From contig OZ244742.1 of assembly GCA_965219415.1 (NCBI GenBank), positions 832,001 through 896,000 on the forward strand: DNA of 64,000 bases, in the 5' to 3' direction. Shown one piece after another: positions 22,018-31,708 of this stretch. The number at the start of each line of letters is the position of its first letter. The first letter of the stretch is position 1. Source of the DNA: Candidatus Marinacidobacterales bacterium. Lineage in GTDB: Bacteria; Acidobacteriota; Vicinamibacteria; Marinacidobacterales; DATDRI01. A program made the position numbers and the translations under genes. The notes beneath the pieces were generated by a model. That model searched no databases. It worked only from the letters and a program-made list of their open reading frames with translations, and was not told where the DNA came from.

Positions 22018-23265
22018 ATGGGCGCTCTCCAGGAGCCGCATTTGATCCCCGTTCAAAAAGCCCTTGAAATCGTTCTCGACAACGCTCGCGTACTCCCATC
22101 CGAAATCGTCGACTTTCAAGACGCACCGGGGCGCGTGCTGGCCGAAGACATCGTTTCCGATCTCGATCTCCCTCCCTTTCCTCGCTCTGCGGTAGACGGT
22201 TTCGCACTCCGTGCTGCAGATGTGAAGTCACCACCATCCCAGCTTCGCGTCGTCGGTGTCGTACCTGCGGGAGCGTCGCCCGCATTCCGGGTGAATGCCG
22301 GCGAAGCCGCTCAAGTAATGACTGGCGCGCCTGCACCCGAAGGAACGGACGCGGTACAGATGGTAGAGAAAACACGCGTCGAGGGAGAGCGCGTCGGGAT
22401 CCTTGAGACGGTACGTTCGGGGCAAAACGTCGCGCCCCGCGGCGATGAAGTCAAAGAAGGCGACATCGTTCTTTGCAAGGGGACTCGCTTGGACGCGGCC
22501 TCGGTGGCAGTCGCCGCCACGGTCGGCAAGGTCAAGCTGCCGGTCGGTGGTCGCGTTCGGCTCGCCGTCATCGCGACCGGCGACGAGCTCGTCGATCCTG
22601 CCTCCAAACCCGGGCCTGGAAAGATTCGGAACAGCAACGGTTTTTCTCTAGTCGCCCAGGCACGCTCCGCTGGAGCGGAGGTGCGGTATCTAGGTGTGGC
22701 GAAAGACACGGAGGAATCGCTGCGGGAGTTGATCCGAGATGGACTGCGTGCCGATGTGCTCTTGCTGTCCGGCGGTGTCTCGATGGGTCGCTTCGATCTG
22801 GTGGAAGGCGTCCTCGGCGAGCTCGGCGTCCGGACGCTTTTCGATCGTGTGGCCCTCAAACCAGGAAAACCTCTTGTTTTCGGGAACTCTGTCGGCGACC
22901 GCAGCCTCGTGTTCGGCCTTCCCGGCAATCCCGTATCAACCATGGTGACGTTCGAGCTCTTCGTTCGTCCCGCCCTGGCTAAAATGGAAGGCTGCAGCGA
23001 ACCGCACCGCCCTCTCCTTTCGGCCACCCTCCGAGATTCTCTATCGAGTAAAGGAGCTCGCCGTGCGTTCCTACCCGGGTGGATCGAACCTGAAGGCTCG
23101 GGTATGGCGGCCCATCCGATCTCGACACGCGGGTCCGCCGACATCGTCGCGTTTTCGAAAGCGAACGCGCTGTTGATCGTGCCCGAGGATGAGGAGCGGC
23201 TCGACGCGGGACAGACGGTCCAGGTGTATCCCTTGGACCGATTTCTTTACCTAGCGGGGTGCTGA
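22018..23265 (+). CDS. moeA: Molybdopterin molybdotransferase MoeA
   Basis: PPFPRSAVDGFA, TGDEL, SNG, SGGVSMG, KPGKP, GLPGNPVS; the last codons derive from the adjacent repeat. Confidence 0.95.
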   Translation: MGALQEPHLIPVQKALEIVLDNARVLPSEIVDFQDAPGRVLAEDIVSDLDLPPFPRSAVDGFALRAADVKSPPSQLRVVGVVPAGASPAFRVNAGEAAQVMTGAPAPEGTDAVQMVEKTRVEGERVGILETVRSGQNVAPRGDEVKEGDIVLCKGTRLDAASVAVAATVGKVKLPVGGRVRLAVIATGDELVDPASKPGPGKIRNSNGFSLVAQARSAGAEVRYLGVAKDTEESLRELIRDGLRADVLLLSGGVSMGRFDLVEGVLGELGVRTLFDRVALKPGKPLVFGNSVGDRSLVFGLPGNPVSTMVTFELFVRPALAKMEGCSEPHRPLLSATLRDSLSSKGARRAFLPGWIEPEGSGMAAHPISTRGSADIVAFSKANALLIVPEDEERLDAGQTVQVYPLDRFLYLAGC

Positions 23266-23450
23266 AGAATGCACGGCACCCTGCGCGAGGGAGCGTCAGC
23301 TGTCCCGCAGCCGCTTGTCGGCGGAGGGACCGCGGTGGGTGTCAGATCCTGCCGGCCGCCAAATTGCGTGGTTGCTTTAACCGGAGCGAGCCAGGCGGCG
23401 GTGGGGCCCCGCGCCATTCATCGAGGAGTGAGCGCGCACTGAGGAGCTAG
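23251..23450 (+). repeat. CTAG-flanked MITE/REP-like element
   Basis: CTAG at both ends; GCTGAAGAAT.CAC.GCACCCTGCGCGAGG..CAGCTGTCCCG..GCCGCTTG..GGCG.AGGGAC and GGTGGGGCCCCGC shared with 27967-28110 and 62670-62774. Confidence 0.8.
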
Positions 23451-23459
23451 AGAGGATCG

Positions 23460-23951
23460 ATGGCACGCCGCACAACCAAGCTAACCCACGTTTCCTCGAC
23501 CGGGCAGGTCCGCATGGTGGACGTGGGGGATAAGACCGTCTCCCGGCGAGAGGCGATCGCAGCGGGCACCGTCCGCATATCTCCCGAAGCGATGGACAAA
23601 GTGAGGGAGGGGCAAATCGCCAAGGGTAACGTGGAGGAAACCGCTCGCTTGGCCGGCATCATGGCGGCGAAGAAGACCTCGGAGTTGATTCCACTTTGTC
23701 ATGCGCTCCAGCTGGAGCACGTAGAGATCGAAATTCGAGACATCGGGACCGGCTTCCAAATCGAGGCCTCGGTGCGCACGAACGCGAAGACAGGCGTCGA
23801 GATGGAAGCACTGACTGCCGTTTCCGTTGCGGCGCTCGCTATCTATGACATGGTGAAAGCCGTCGATCGGGCGGTCGTCATCGACGAGGTTCGCCTCCTC
23901 AGAAAATCGGGTGGGCGAAGTGGGCTCTACGTACGTCAGGAAGCAAAGTGA
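23460..23951 (+). CDS. moaC: Cyclic pyranopterin monophosphate synthase MoaC
   Basis: LTH...MVDV..K, LIPLCH, TGVEMEAL, IYDMVKAVD, KSGG. Confidence 0.97.
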   Translation: MARRTTKLTHVSSTGQVRMVDVGDKTVSRREAIAAGTVRISPEAMDKVREGQIAKGNVEETARLAGIMAAKKTSELIPLCHALQLEHVEIEIRDIGTGFQIEASVRTNAKTGVEMEALTAVSVAALAIYDMVKAVDRAVVIDEVRLLRKSGGRSGLYVRQEAK

Positions 23952-24782
23952 GACCACGAATGAAACCTGCTAGACGAACCAGAAGCATCGTCGGCCGAGG
24001 CCCCCGACCGCCTCGTCCTCCGGGTGGAGGTAGAAAGCTCCCGCCACACCTCGCGCACCCGGCGCGCCGAAGCGCCCTGCCGCGCCGCTTCCATCTAGAA
24101 AGCCACCGCGTAAAAAAGCCCCCCCTCGACCTAAGCAACCGCGGGGATCTATGCCGCGATGGCTGAGGCTCCTCTTCCTGCTACTCGTGCTTGCTATCTT
24201 TGGCAGTGGTGGCTACCTGTACTACCGCGGCCGGGCTTCACTACCTCAGCTCGACGGCTCGCTAAAGCTGACCGGACTTTCCGCTCCCGTCGAGGTGCTT
24301 CGCGATCCTTTCGGCGTCCCTCACATATTCGGGACCGCTGCCGAGGATATCGCCCGCGCCACCGGTTTCGTCCATGCGCAAGATCGTTTGTTCCAGATGG
24401 AGCTCTCGCGCCGCCTGGGTACGGGAACGGTCGCCGAGGTGCTGGGGGAGCCCGGCCTATCCCTCGACCGTAGAGTTCGTCGGATCGGCCTCGGGCTCGC
24501 CGCCCAGACCGAGTTGGAACGAACCGATCCGGAGGCCCGTGCCATCCTGGATGCGTACGCGCAAGGCGTGAACGCCTACTTGACCGCACAGGAGGACAAC
24601 CTTCCGCCGGAGTTCCAGATACTCGGCTTGAAACCGCGCCCCTGGGAACCGGCCGACAGCTTGGCGATCGTCAAATGGATGTCGCTTCTGCTCTCCGAGA
24701 ATGCATCGGTCGAGCTCTTGCGCGCACAACTAGCCGAAACTTTGGGGGCCGAAGGTGCCTACCTCCTTACCGGACTCACACC

Positions 24783-26242
24783 GGGGATGTCCCGCCGGAT
24801 GTTGAATTTGGGGTAGCGGCGGCTCCTTGGCCGGCCTAAGAATAGGTCTGCCAAACAACCGTCTCCAGAGGGGGACAAGGAGCCACCAATGCCTAGGAAA
24901 TCAAAGAAGCCAGTAAGAAAGCAAACGCACTCGCCTACGGGCAAGGTAGTTGGCCAAGTCGGTCAGATACTGCTACCGATGATAGCTGGGATCGCGGCCA
25001 CGAAGGCGGAACTGACGGAATGGGTGTACGAGCAAGGACTGACAGCTCTGCACCTACTGCTCAGAGAGGACGCCGAGGAGATCGCGGGGCTCAAGGGCAA
25101 GCACGAGAAGGAGCGAACTCATAACCACTGGGGGAGCACGAACGGAGAGCTGAGCTTCGGTGGTCGTCGCATCCAAGTGTCGCGACCTCGAGTTCGCTCG
25201 AAGTCGGGCGAGGAGGCGTCGCTTCCACACTTCGAAGCCTTCCGCGAAGAAGACCCGCTTCCAGAGCGAGTGTTGAATCAGATCTTGGTGGGGGTATCGA
25301 CCCGAAATTACGAATCGAGTCTGAACAAACCCGCGGCCAAGTTGAAGTCTCGTGGCACGAGTAAGAGTGCCGCCAGCCGTCACCTCGTGAGCCAGACGAC
25401 TAAGAAGCTCGAGGAATACCTGTCTCGGCGGCTAGAGGAGTTCGAGCTTGCGGCACTGATGCTGGATGGCCTTGAGGTGGCCGGACAGACCGTCGTCGTA
25501 ACTCTAGGTATCACAATAGATGGAACGAAGGTGCCCCTGGGTATATGGCTGGGCTCGACGGAGAACTCTCGGGTGTGCACCGCGATGTTGCAGGACCTTC
25601 TCGAGCGGGGCTTGCGCGTCGATGAGTCGATTCTCTGCGTAGTGGACGGAGGCAAAGGCATCCGCAAGGCACTCGTCGACGTTTTGGGGGACCTCGCGGT
25701 CATCCAAAGGTGCCAGATCCATAAACTCCGGAATCTTCGCTCGTACCTTCCCAAGTCTCGTCACGCCTACGTACTCCAGACGATGAAGGAAGCCTACAAG
25801 TGCAAGAGTGCCGACAAGGCGCGCAAGCGACTTCAGGCATTGGTGTCGTGGCTCGAGCGAAACGGCTACGACGAAGCTGCCGGAAGCCTTCGTGAAGGGA
25901 TGGAAGAGACACTCACGGTCGTGAAGCTCGCGCTGCCCGCCTTACTTCGCCAGTCTCTTGCCACGACGAACGCCATTGAGAATCTCAACGGAACCATTCG
26001 CAGAGTATCGAGAAACGTCAAGCGTTGGAAGAGTCCTTCCATGGTTCGCCGATGGACCGCTCTTGGCGTCGTCACCGCGCAGAAAAAGTTCCGGCGTATC
26101 AAAGGCTATCGCCATATGGGCGCTTTCGTTCACGCGCTTAGAAGCAAACAGAAATCTCTTGACAGCGATGAGTTTGCTGCCTAAGAGTATTCACAGGTGC
26201 CGCCGCTACCCGACCAAATTCAACAGCGGCCGGGACATCCCC
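24783..26242 (+). mobile_element. IS256-family insertion sequence, 1460 bp, 8-bp target duplication
   Basis: Imperfect TIRs GGGGATGTCCCG..TGTTGAATTTGG..GTAGCGGCGGC at both ends; TSD CTCACACC at 24775-82 and 26243-50. Confidence 0.95.
24889..26184 (+). CDS. IS256-family DDE transposase
   Basis: GVSTR, LDG, VDGGKG, QRCQIHK, TTNAIE motifs. Confidence 0.95.
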   Translation: MPRKSKKPVRKQTHSPTGKVVGQVGQILLPMIAGIAATKAELTEWVYEQGLTALHLLLREDAEEIAGLKGKHEKERTHNHWGSTNGELSFGGRRIQVSRPRVRSKSGEEASLPHFEAFREEDPLPERVLNQILVGVSTRNYESSLNKPAAKLKSRGTSKSAASRHLVSQTTKKLEEYLSRRLEEFELAALMLDGLEVAGQTVVVTLGITIDGTKVPLGIWLGSTENSRVCTAMLQDLLERGLRVDESILCVVDGGKGIRKALVDVLGDLAVIQRCQIHKLRNLRSYLPKSRHAYVLQTMKEAYKCKSADKARKRLQALVSWLERNGYDEAAGSLREGMEETLTVVKLALPALLRQSLATTNAIENLNGTIRRVSRNVKRWKSPSMVRRWTALGVVTAQKKFRRIKGYRHMGAFVHALRSKQKSLDSDEFAA

Positions 26243-27966
26243 CTCACACCACCGCCAACGGACAGCGCGAGCCACTTGGAAGCGGACAGGGGTTGGGGAA
26301 GGCTAGCCTCTGGGTCGGCTCTCGCCGGTCATCGCTTTCTGCGGCTCGGCGCTAGCAGTGCTTGGGTCGTTTCGGGTAGTCGATCGACGACCGGGGCGCC
26401 CCTACTCGCCTCCGACCCGCACTTGGGACTCGGTATTCCCTCGGTGTGGTATGAAGTCCATCAGTCCGGCGCGGGTCTCAACGTGGCGGGAGCAAGTCTC
26501 CCCGGCCTCCCCATGGTTGTCATCGGACACAACGATCGCATCGCTTGGGGAGTCACCGCGCTCTATGCGGACGTCCAAGATCATTACGTCGAGACGATCA
26601 ACCCGTCCGACCCGGGCCAATACGCGGCGGGGGATGTCTGGGAAGACTTTCAGAGCTTTCAGGAGACCATCTCGGTAGCTGGAGGCACTCCGGTCACGCT
26701 GCCGATCCAGCATAGTCGACACGGTGTAGTCGTTTCCGATCAACCGCGGAACGGCCAAGTACTTTCCCTCCGGTGGGACGCCCCGTGGAACGGAGATAGT
26801 GCGCTCGCACTGCTAAGGTTGAACCGCGCGGGCGGTTGGTTTGAATTCACTGAGGCACTTCGGACATTAACGAGCCCCACCCTCGCTTTCCTCTACGCCG
26901 ACGTCGAAGGCAACATCGGATTCTTCCCTGCTGGCGAGGTGCCGGTTCGAACGGGGTTCGACGGAACCATGCCCGTCGACGGAGCCTCGGGGCAGTTCGA
27001 ATGGCAAGGTTATATCCCGCGCGAGATGAAGCCACTCGTCCTGAATCCCGAAGAGGGATTCATCGTTTCCGCAAACCACAAGATGGTGCCGGACGAAACG
27101 GACTACCCCTTGGGCCGGGATCAACTGGCGCCGTTCCGAGCCAACCGCATTGCGGCACTCGTCGGAGCGCGGGCTCAGCTGGGAGCCGCCGACTTCCAGG
27201 CGATCCAGGCCGATCGATACGACACCTCAACCGAGTCTCTCCTCCGATACGTGGTGGCACTGAACGTAGCCCCCGGTGATGCGAGTGACGCACAGAGTTT
27301 ATTGAGAACCTGGGACCGGAAAATGGGACGCGGCGCCGCTCCCGCACTCTATCAGGCATTCTACGTAAGGTTGCTGGCGAATACCTTTCAAGACGATGTT
27401 TCGGACGCTCTCTATCCAGATTTTTTGGACTTCGTCGAAATGGGGCATCCGGGTGGCATCTATGCGATCGTCGACGACCCCAATTCTGAATGGTGGGACA
27501 ATCGCACCACGCCTGCCGTGGAAGATCGCAAGGCAATTTTCATGCAGAGCTTCGAGGAGGCGGTCGCGCTGCTAGGCACTCGGCAAGGACAAGATCCATC
27601 TGGGTGGGACTGGGCGGCGCTGCACGGTGTATTGTTCGAGCATCCCCTAGGACAGGGGCCCCTACTCGGTTGGATATTCAATCGCGGCCCCTCACCTTTC
27701 GGCGGCTCGACCTACACCATTGCGAACGCGATGGTTTCACTCAGCGATCCGTTCGCCGCCCCTGCTGGGACGTCTTTGCGTTTAGTGATGGATGTCGGGA
27801 ATTGGAATGCGACGAGCTCGGTGATCCCCGCCGGAGCCTCGGGCCACCCTTTGAGTCCCCACTATTTCGACCAGAATGGAGACTGGCAATCGGGTCGCAA
27901 CCATCCTCTGTTATTCGATCGTGTGCAGATCGAAGGAACCGTGGAAGGCCGCCTTCTCTTGAACCC

Positions 27967-28210
27967 CTAGCAGCGCGCTGAAGAATTCACTGCACCCTGC
28001 GCGAGGAGCCATCAGCTGTCCCGAAGCCGCTTGCCGGCGAAGGGACGGCGGTGCGGGTGGGGCCCCGCCGCATTGATGAAGGAGCGAGCCCGAGTGGGCC
28101 GCCAAACTAGGTCGTTGCTAAAACTCGCCGTGGCCAGGCGGCGGGCCGACGACGGGAGGCCGAGCGAGGAGCGAGGCCAAGCGCGCGAACGCGGAGTGAG
28201 CGCGCACTAA
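27967..28210 (+). repeat. MITE/REP-like element(s): CTAG-flanked copy 27967-28110 plus adjacent related segment
   Basis: Similar to 23251-23450; GGAGTGAGCGCGCACT shared with 23425-23440; its first TAG is the acylase stop codon. Confidence 0.8.
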
Positions 28211-28214
28211 TTCA

Positions 28215-28619
28215 TTAGGATTGGCGTCGGTCGGAAGCGTGATGATGGACTCTCAACCACCGGCCCTCACGGAACACCATCACATCGGTAACCCATCCCT
28301 CCCAGTTGAACTCGATGTCATGAACGCTGCTGTATATTTTCTGTTTGTAGTCGATGATGGCCACGTCTCCGAAAAGCGACACTTGGGGTTCTTGGACGGT
28401 CGTCTTCGAGTGCTGGAACTCGCCCAGCAAGGTCTCCAGTCGGTCTCGAACCGCTTCCCAACCGCTTGCCCGAGCGCTCACACCGGCGGGAATGATGCTC
28501 GACTCGGATCCCTGATAGTGAGCGGCAATCAAGCTGTCGAGATCGCGGCGATCGAAGGCGGAGGCGATTTGAAGAACGGCATCCAACACGTCCCGCGCTT
28601 TGTCGTCTAGCTCCGTCAA
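28215..28619 (-). CDS. NTF2/SnoaL-like fold protein
   Basis: AF...D...L...Y, GWEAVR, GDVA, T.V....G.W...HHHAS pattern. Confidence 0.8.
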   Translation of the reverse strand: MTELDDKARDVLDAVLQIASAFDRRDLDSLIAAHYQGSESSIIPAGVSARASGWEAVRDRLETLLGEFQHSKTTVQEPQVSLFGDVAIIDYKQKIYSSVHDIEFNWEGWVTDVMVFREGRWLRVHHHASDRRQS

Positions 28620-28688
28620 CCTCTCCCCCCTTTCGGGCCGTCGAATCTAAAGGATTGATTCTAAATAGTATCGAGAATTATGGCAAGC

Positions 28689-28718
28689 TTGCGATGACAT
28701 TTCGGGAGTTGCTATAAT
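28689..28718 (+). promoter_or_regulatory. sigma70 promoter with extended -10 for the lysW-like/larE operon
   Basis: TTGCGA, 18 nt, TATAAT (28713-18) preceded by TGn. Confidence 0.6.
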
Positions 28719-28841
28719 TCCCCTCCGAACCAGTGGCAGGGATCCATAACGAGCTCATGACGTTCTATCTAAGCCCAAGAACGTCGGCGAAGCGAAATTC
28801 ATTGACCAAATTCTGTCTCATCGTGCTCCGCGGGAGAGCCC

Positions 28842-29015
28842 ATGCATCCTGATTGTCCAGAATGTGAGTCTGAGATCGAAATTGATAATCTGGATGTCGA
28901 CCAGGGTGAGGTGATTAGCTGCCCGGAGTGCGGTGTAGATCTCCGAGTGTTGAGTGTAGGCCCGATTGAATTGGAGCTGGCACCGGTCGAAGGCGGGGAA
29001 TGGGGTGAGATTTGA
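28842..29015 (+). CDS. LysW-like zinc-ribbon amino-group carrier protein (57 aa), atypical C-terminus
   Basis: Not in ORF track (<60 aa). MHPDCPECESEIEIDNLDVDQGEVISCPECGVDLRVLSVGPIELELAPVEGGEWGEI; two CPEC motifs, acidic, WGE motif; RBS GGGAG; stop overlaps larE TTG. Confidence 0.88.
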   Translation: MHPDCPECESEIEIDNLDVDQGEVISCPECGVDLRVLSVGPIELELAPVEGGEWGEI

Positions 29016-29893
29016 AAGAACAGAACACGATGAGAGATGGAGCAGGACCGGTGGAGACGGTGGTTGAGCAAGCGGAGACGAAGCGCGCAAAGCTGGAATC
29101 GATCCTGAAGGAGATGGGCTCCGTTGTGGTGGCCTTCAGCGGCGGAGTAGATAGCGCTTACTTGGCCTATGCGGCCCACCATGCTCTCGGCGAAGCTGCG
29201 CTCGCGGTCACCGGTGAAAGCCCGAGCTACCCCGACTACCAAAGGCAAATGGCAAAGCGGATTACTTCGCAATTCGAGATTCCCCACCTCTTCGTCCAAA
29301 CGCGTGAGGTCGAAATCGAGGCCTATCGTGCCAATGGAAGCGACCGATGCTTTCACTGCAAGAACGAGTTGTACACGCGACTCACGAACTTGGCTAATGA
29401 GCGAGGTTTCGACTTCGTCGCTGACGGCTCGAACCTAGATGATTTAGGGGACTTCCGCCCGGGACGACGGGCGGCAAAGGCCTTGAGCGTGAGGAGCCCA
29501 CTCGAGGAAGCGGGTTTGACGAAGTCAGAGATCCGTTACCTCTCTCGGCAAGTCTCTCTTCCAACCGCCGACGAGCCCGCGTCAGCGTGCTTGTCCTCGC
29601 GCATTGCTTACCAGAGTCCGGTGACGCCCGAAAAGCTCAGAACGGTGGAAGACGGTGAGAGCGCACTGCGCGAGCTCGGATTTCGTCATTTTAGAGTACG
29701 CCATCACGACCAACTCGTACGCCTCGAGTTCGCACCCGAGGAAATCGCCCGCGCTTTGTCCCCAGACATGGTCCCAAAGTTGCTGACGAGGTTCAAAGAG
29801 CTCGGTTTCACGTTCGTGACGGTCGATCTCCAGGGTTACCGCACTGGAAGCCTGAACGAGGTGCTTCCTCCCTTGCAGCTGCCGGTGGTATAA
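29012..29893 (+). CDS. larE: ATP-dependent sulfur transferase LarE (PP-loop, CxxC-C type)
   Basis: SGGVDS PP-loop, RCFHCK, DDLGDFRPG, ACLSSR, RVRHH, GYRTGSLN. Confidence 0.92.
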   Translation: MKEQNTMRDGAGPVETVVEQAETKRAKLESILKEMGSVVVAFSGGVDSAYLAYAAHHALGEAALAVTGESPSYPDYQRQMAKRITSQFEIPHLFVQTREVEIEAYRANGSDRCFHCKNELYTRLTNLANERGFDFVADGSNLDDLGDFRPGRRAAKALSVRSPLEEAGLTKSEIRYLSRQVSLPTADEPASACLSSRIAYQSPVTPEKLRTVEDGESALRELGFRHFRVRHHDQLVRLEFAPEEIARALSPDMVPKLLTRFKELGFTFVTVDLQGYRTGSLNEVLPPLQLPVV

Positions 29894-29935
29894 TCCGACC
29901 CTCCGAAACGATAAATCGGTTCTCCGTTTCAGGCG

Positions 29936-30259
29936 ATGCACTTTATGGCGATTGAGATCCGCATCGAGAGCTCCTGGCAGACTGATGATGGTGAAGGCCG
30001 TAGCATCGAGGTATTGACGTCCGAACGCGGTCACCCGGGGGAGGATCCGAGCGAGGATTCCAAGTGGTTCGCGGGTGGGGACCTCGCCGACCTCAAGCGC
30101 TATCTCACCGAACTGGTGGACCGTAAGGCGGAGTGTTTCCGGGGACGGGACCGCAGGGAATGTGCTGGTTGTTCGCGCGTAGTCAACACCGATAGCCCCA
30201 ACCCGAGGTTCCTTTGCGAAGACTGCGCCGCTTCACCCCCCTCCCCCCCAAAAAAATGA
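29936..30259 (+). CDS. Small hypothetical protein with C-terminal zinc ribbon
   Basis: CAGC-x14-CEDC; stop overlaps the next ATG (ATGA). Confidence 0.65.
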   Translation: MHFMAIEIRIESSWQTDDGEGRSIEVLTSERGHPGEDPSEDSKWFAGGDLADLKRYLTELVDRKAECFRGRDRRECAGCSRVVNTDSPNPRFLCEDCAASPPSPPKK

Positions 30260-31689
30260 CCCGGGTTGGCCCGTCCCGCCTCACACTGAGGCTCGTTAGC
30301 CTCGCCGGAATCGGCGTAGCCATTTGGAGCTTTCCGTACGCTCACGGATCGTCTCCACCTGACCAGAGAACTGAAGAGCTCCTCGTACCGGGATTACGGC
30401 ACACGCGAGTCCTTCGGGGTAGCACAGCTTCATCTGTCCGCTACCGGATCCTGGTCGGCTCGTTCGACTCCCAAGCCGCGGCGGATGCAATGCTCGCCCG
30501 GCTGAAAAATGCTGGAGTGGCTGCCGCACCTCACTACCGTGGCCTTCGCTATCGCATCTGCGTGGAAGCCTTGCCCGATCGGAAAGCCGCCGAGACTCAA
30601 CGACAGATACTGAGCGCAGCGGGCTTCCCCCCTGAGATGACCATCGAGGAATACCTTCAGGACGTGACCAACGCCGATGGCCCTTGGGAGATCCACATCC
30701 TCGAGGCCGATCCAAATCAAACCCGGGTGCGGGTTGCCCACGCCTACGATGCGGCCATCGGGCTCGAGACAACGAGTGGTCTCGCCCGTCGACGCGGCGC
30801 CATCGCCGCCATCAACGGCGGTTACTATGTGCGGACCGGAATACTCCAGGGTGACGCTCTGGGTGTGCTTCGAGTGGAAGGCGCGCTCCTTTCCGAGCCT
30901 GATCGGGGACGTGCGGCCTTGGGCATTTCGGATAGCGAGGGGAGAACTCAATTTCTCTTCGGGAGACTTCGCTTTCGAGGAGATCTGGTCTTCGAGAACG
31001 GTACGCGTGAGAAACTTGACGGTCTCAATCGCCGCCGAGGACGGAAGGAAGTCGTCCTTTATACGCCGGAGTTCCATCGAACAACCCTTACCGCGCCGAG
31101 TGGCGCGGAAGTGGTGGTGCGCGAAAACCAAATCGCAGAGGTCAGGCTGGAGAGCGGAAGCTCCGTCATACCGCGGTCGGGGTTTGTCATTTCCCTCGCG
31201 GCATCGCGAGCCGTGGATTTGATCTCTCGATTCCAAGTCGGTCACAACGTGACTCTCGATTTTTCTCTCCTGCCATCCCGAACCGATCACCGAAGGAGCT
31301 GGAATGAGACGACCTCGATAGTCGGCGGAGGACCTCTGCTTCTTTCCGAAGGGAAGCGGATCGAAGACCCAGGCACCGAATCTATATCTCAAGTCTTCTA
31401 CCACTCTCGTCACCCGCGAACGGGGGTCGGGGCACGAGCCGACGGAACGTTGCTGTTCGTCACCGTCGATGGCCGCCAACCCCAAACGAGCGTCGGAATG
31501 TCGCTTCCCGAGTTTACGGATCTATTCATCGAGCTCGGTGCGGTTTCTGCAATGAACCTGGATGGCGGCGGGTCTACTGCGATGGTCGCGCGCAACCGAC
31601 TGGTGAACTCACCCTCCGATCCAACCGGCGAGCGACAAAACGCAGACTCGATCCTTCTTTTCCCTCGTAACTCGAAACCACCGTCCTAA
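30256..31689 (+). CDS. Secreted SPOR + phosphodiester glycosidase (NAGPA-like) protein
   Basis: Signal peptide, SPOR-like YRILVGSF...A, AINGGYY, HPRTGVG, VDGRQ, AMNLDGGGS. Confidence 0.88.
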   Translation: MTRVGPSRLTLRLVSLAGIGVAIWSFPYAHGSSPPDQRTEELLVPGLRHTRVLRGSTASSVRYRILVGSFDSQAAADAMLARLKNAGVAAAPHYRGLRYRICVEALPDRKAAETQRQILSAAGFPPEMTIEEYLQDVTNADGPWEIHILEADPNQTRVRVAHAYDAAIGLETTSGLARRRGAIAAINGGYYVRTGILQGDALGVLRVEGALLSEPDRGRAALGISDSEGRTQFLFGRLRFRGDLVFENGTREKLDGLNRRRGRKEVVLYTPEFHRTTLTAPSGAEVVVRENQIAEVRLESGSSVIPRSGFVISLAASRAVDLISRFQVGHNVTLDFSLLPSRTDHRRSWNETTSIVGGGPLLLSEGKRIEDPGTESISQVFYHSRHPRTGVGARADGTLLFVTVDGRQPQTSVGMSLPEFTDLFIELGAVSAMNLDGGGSTAMVARNRLVNSPSDPTGERQNADSILLFPRNSKPPS

Positions 31690-31708
31690 ATCGAAAGCGG
31701 AATCCCAA

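Larger units (their letters stand above)
24151..27970 (+). pseudogene. Penicillin acylase (Ntn-hydrolase) family gene interrupted by IS256
   Basis: 5' part has RDPFGVPHI and GFVHAQDRLFQMEL; 3' part has SAWVVSG..DPHL, YADVEGNIG, SPHY.DQ. Removing 24783-26242 plus one CTCACACC copy restores one frame (..GLTPPPTDS..). Confidence 0.92.

Noticed and set aside
25958-26242. N-terminal 95 aa of the 670-aa ORF 25958-27970
   Set aside because: Alternative frame of the IS256 3' end; acylase similarity starts only after the TSD.
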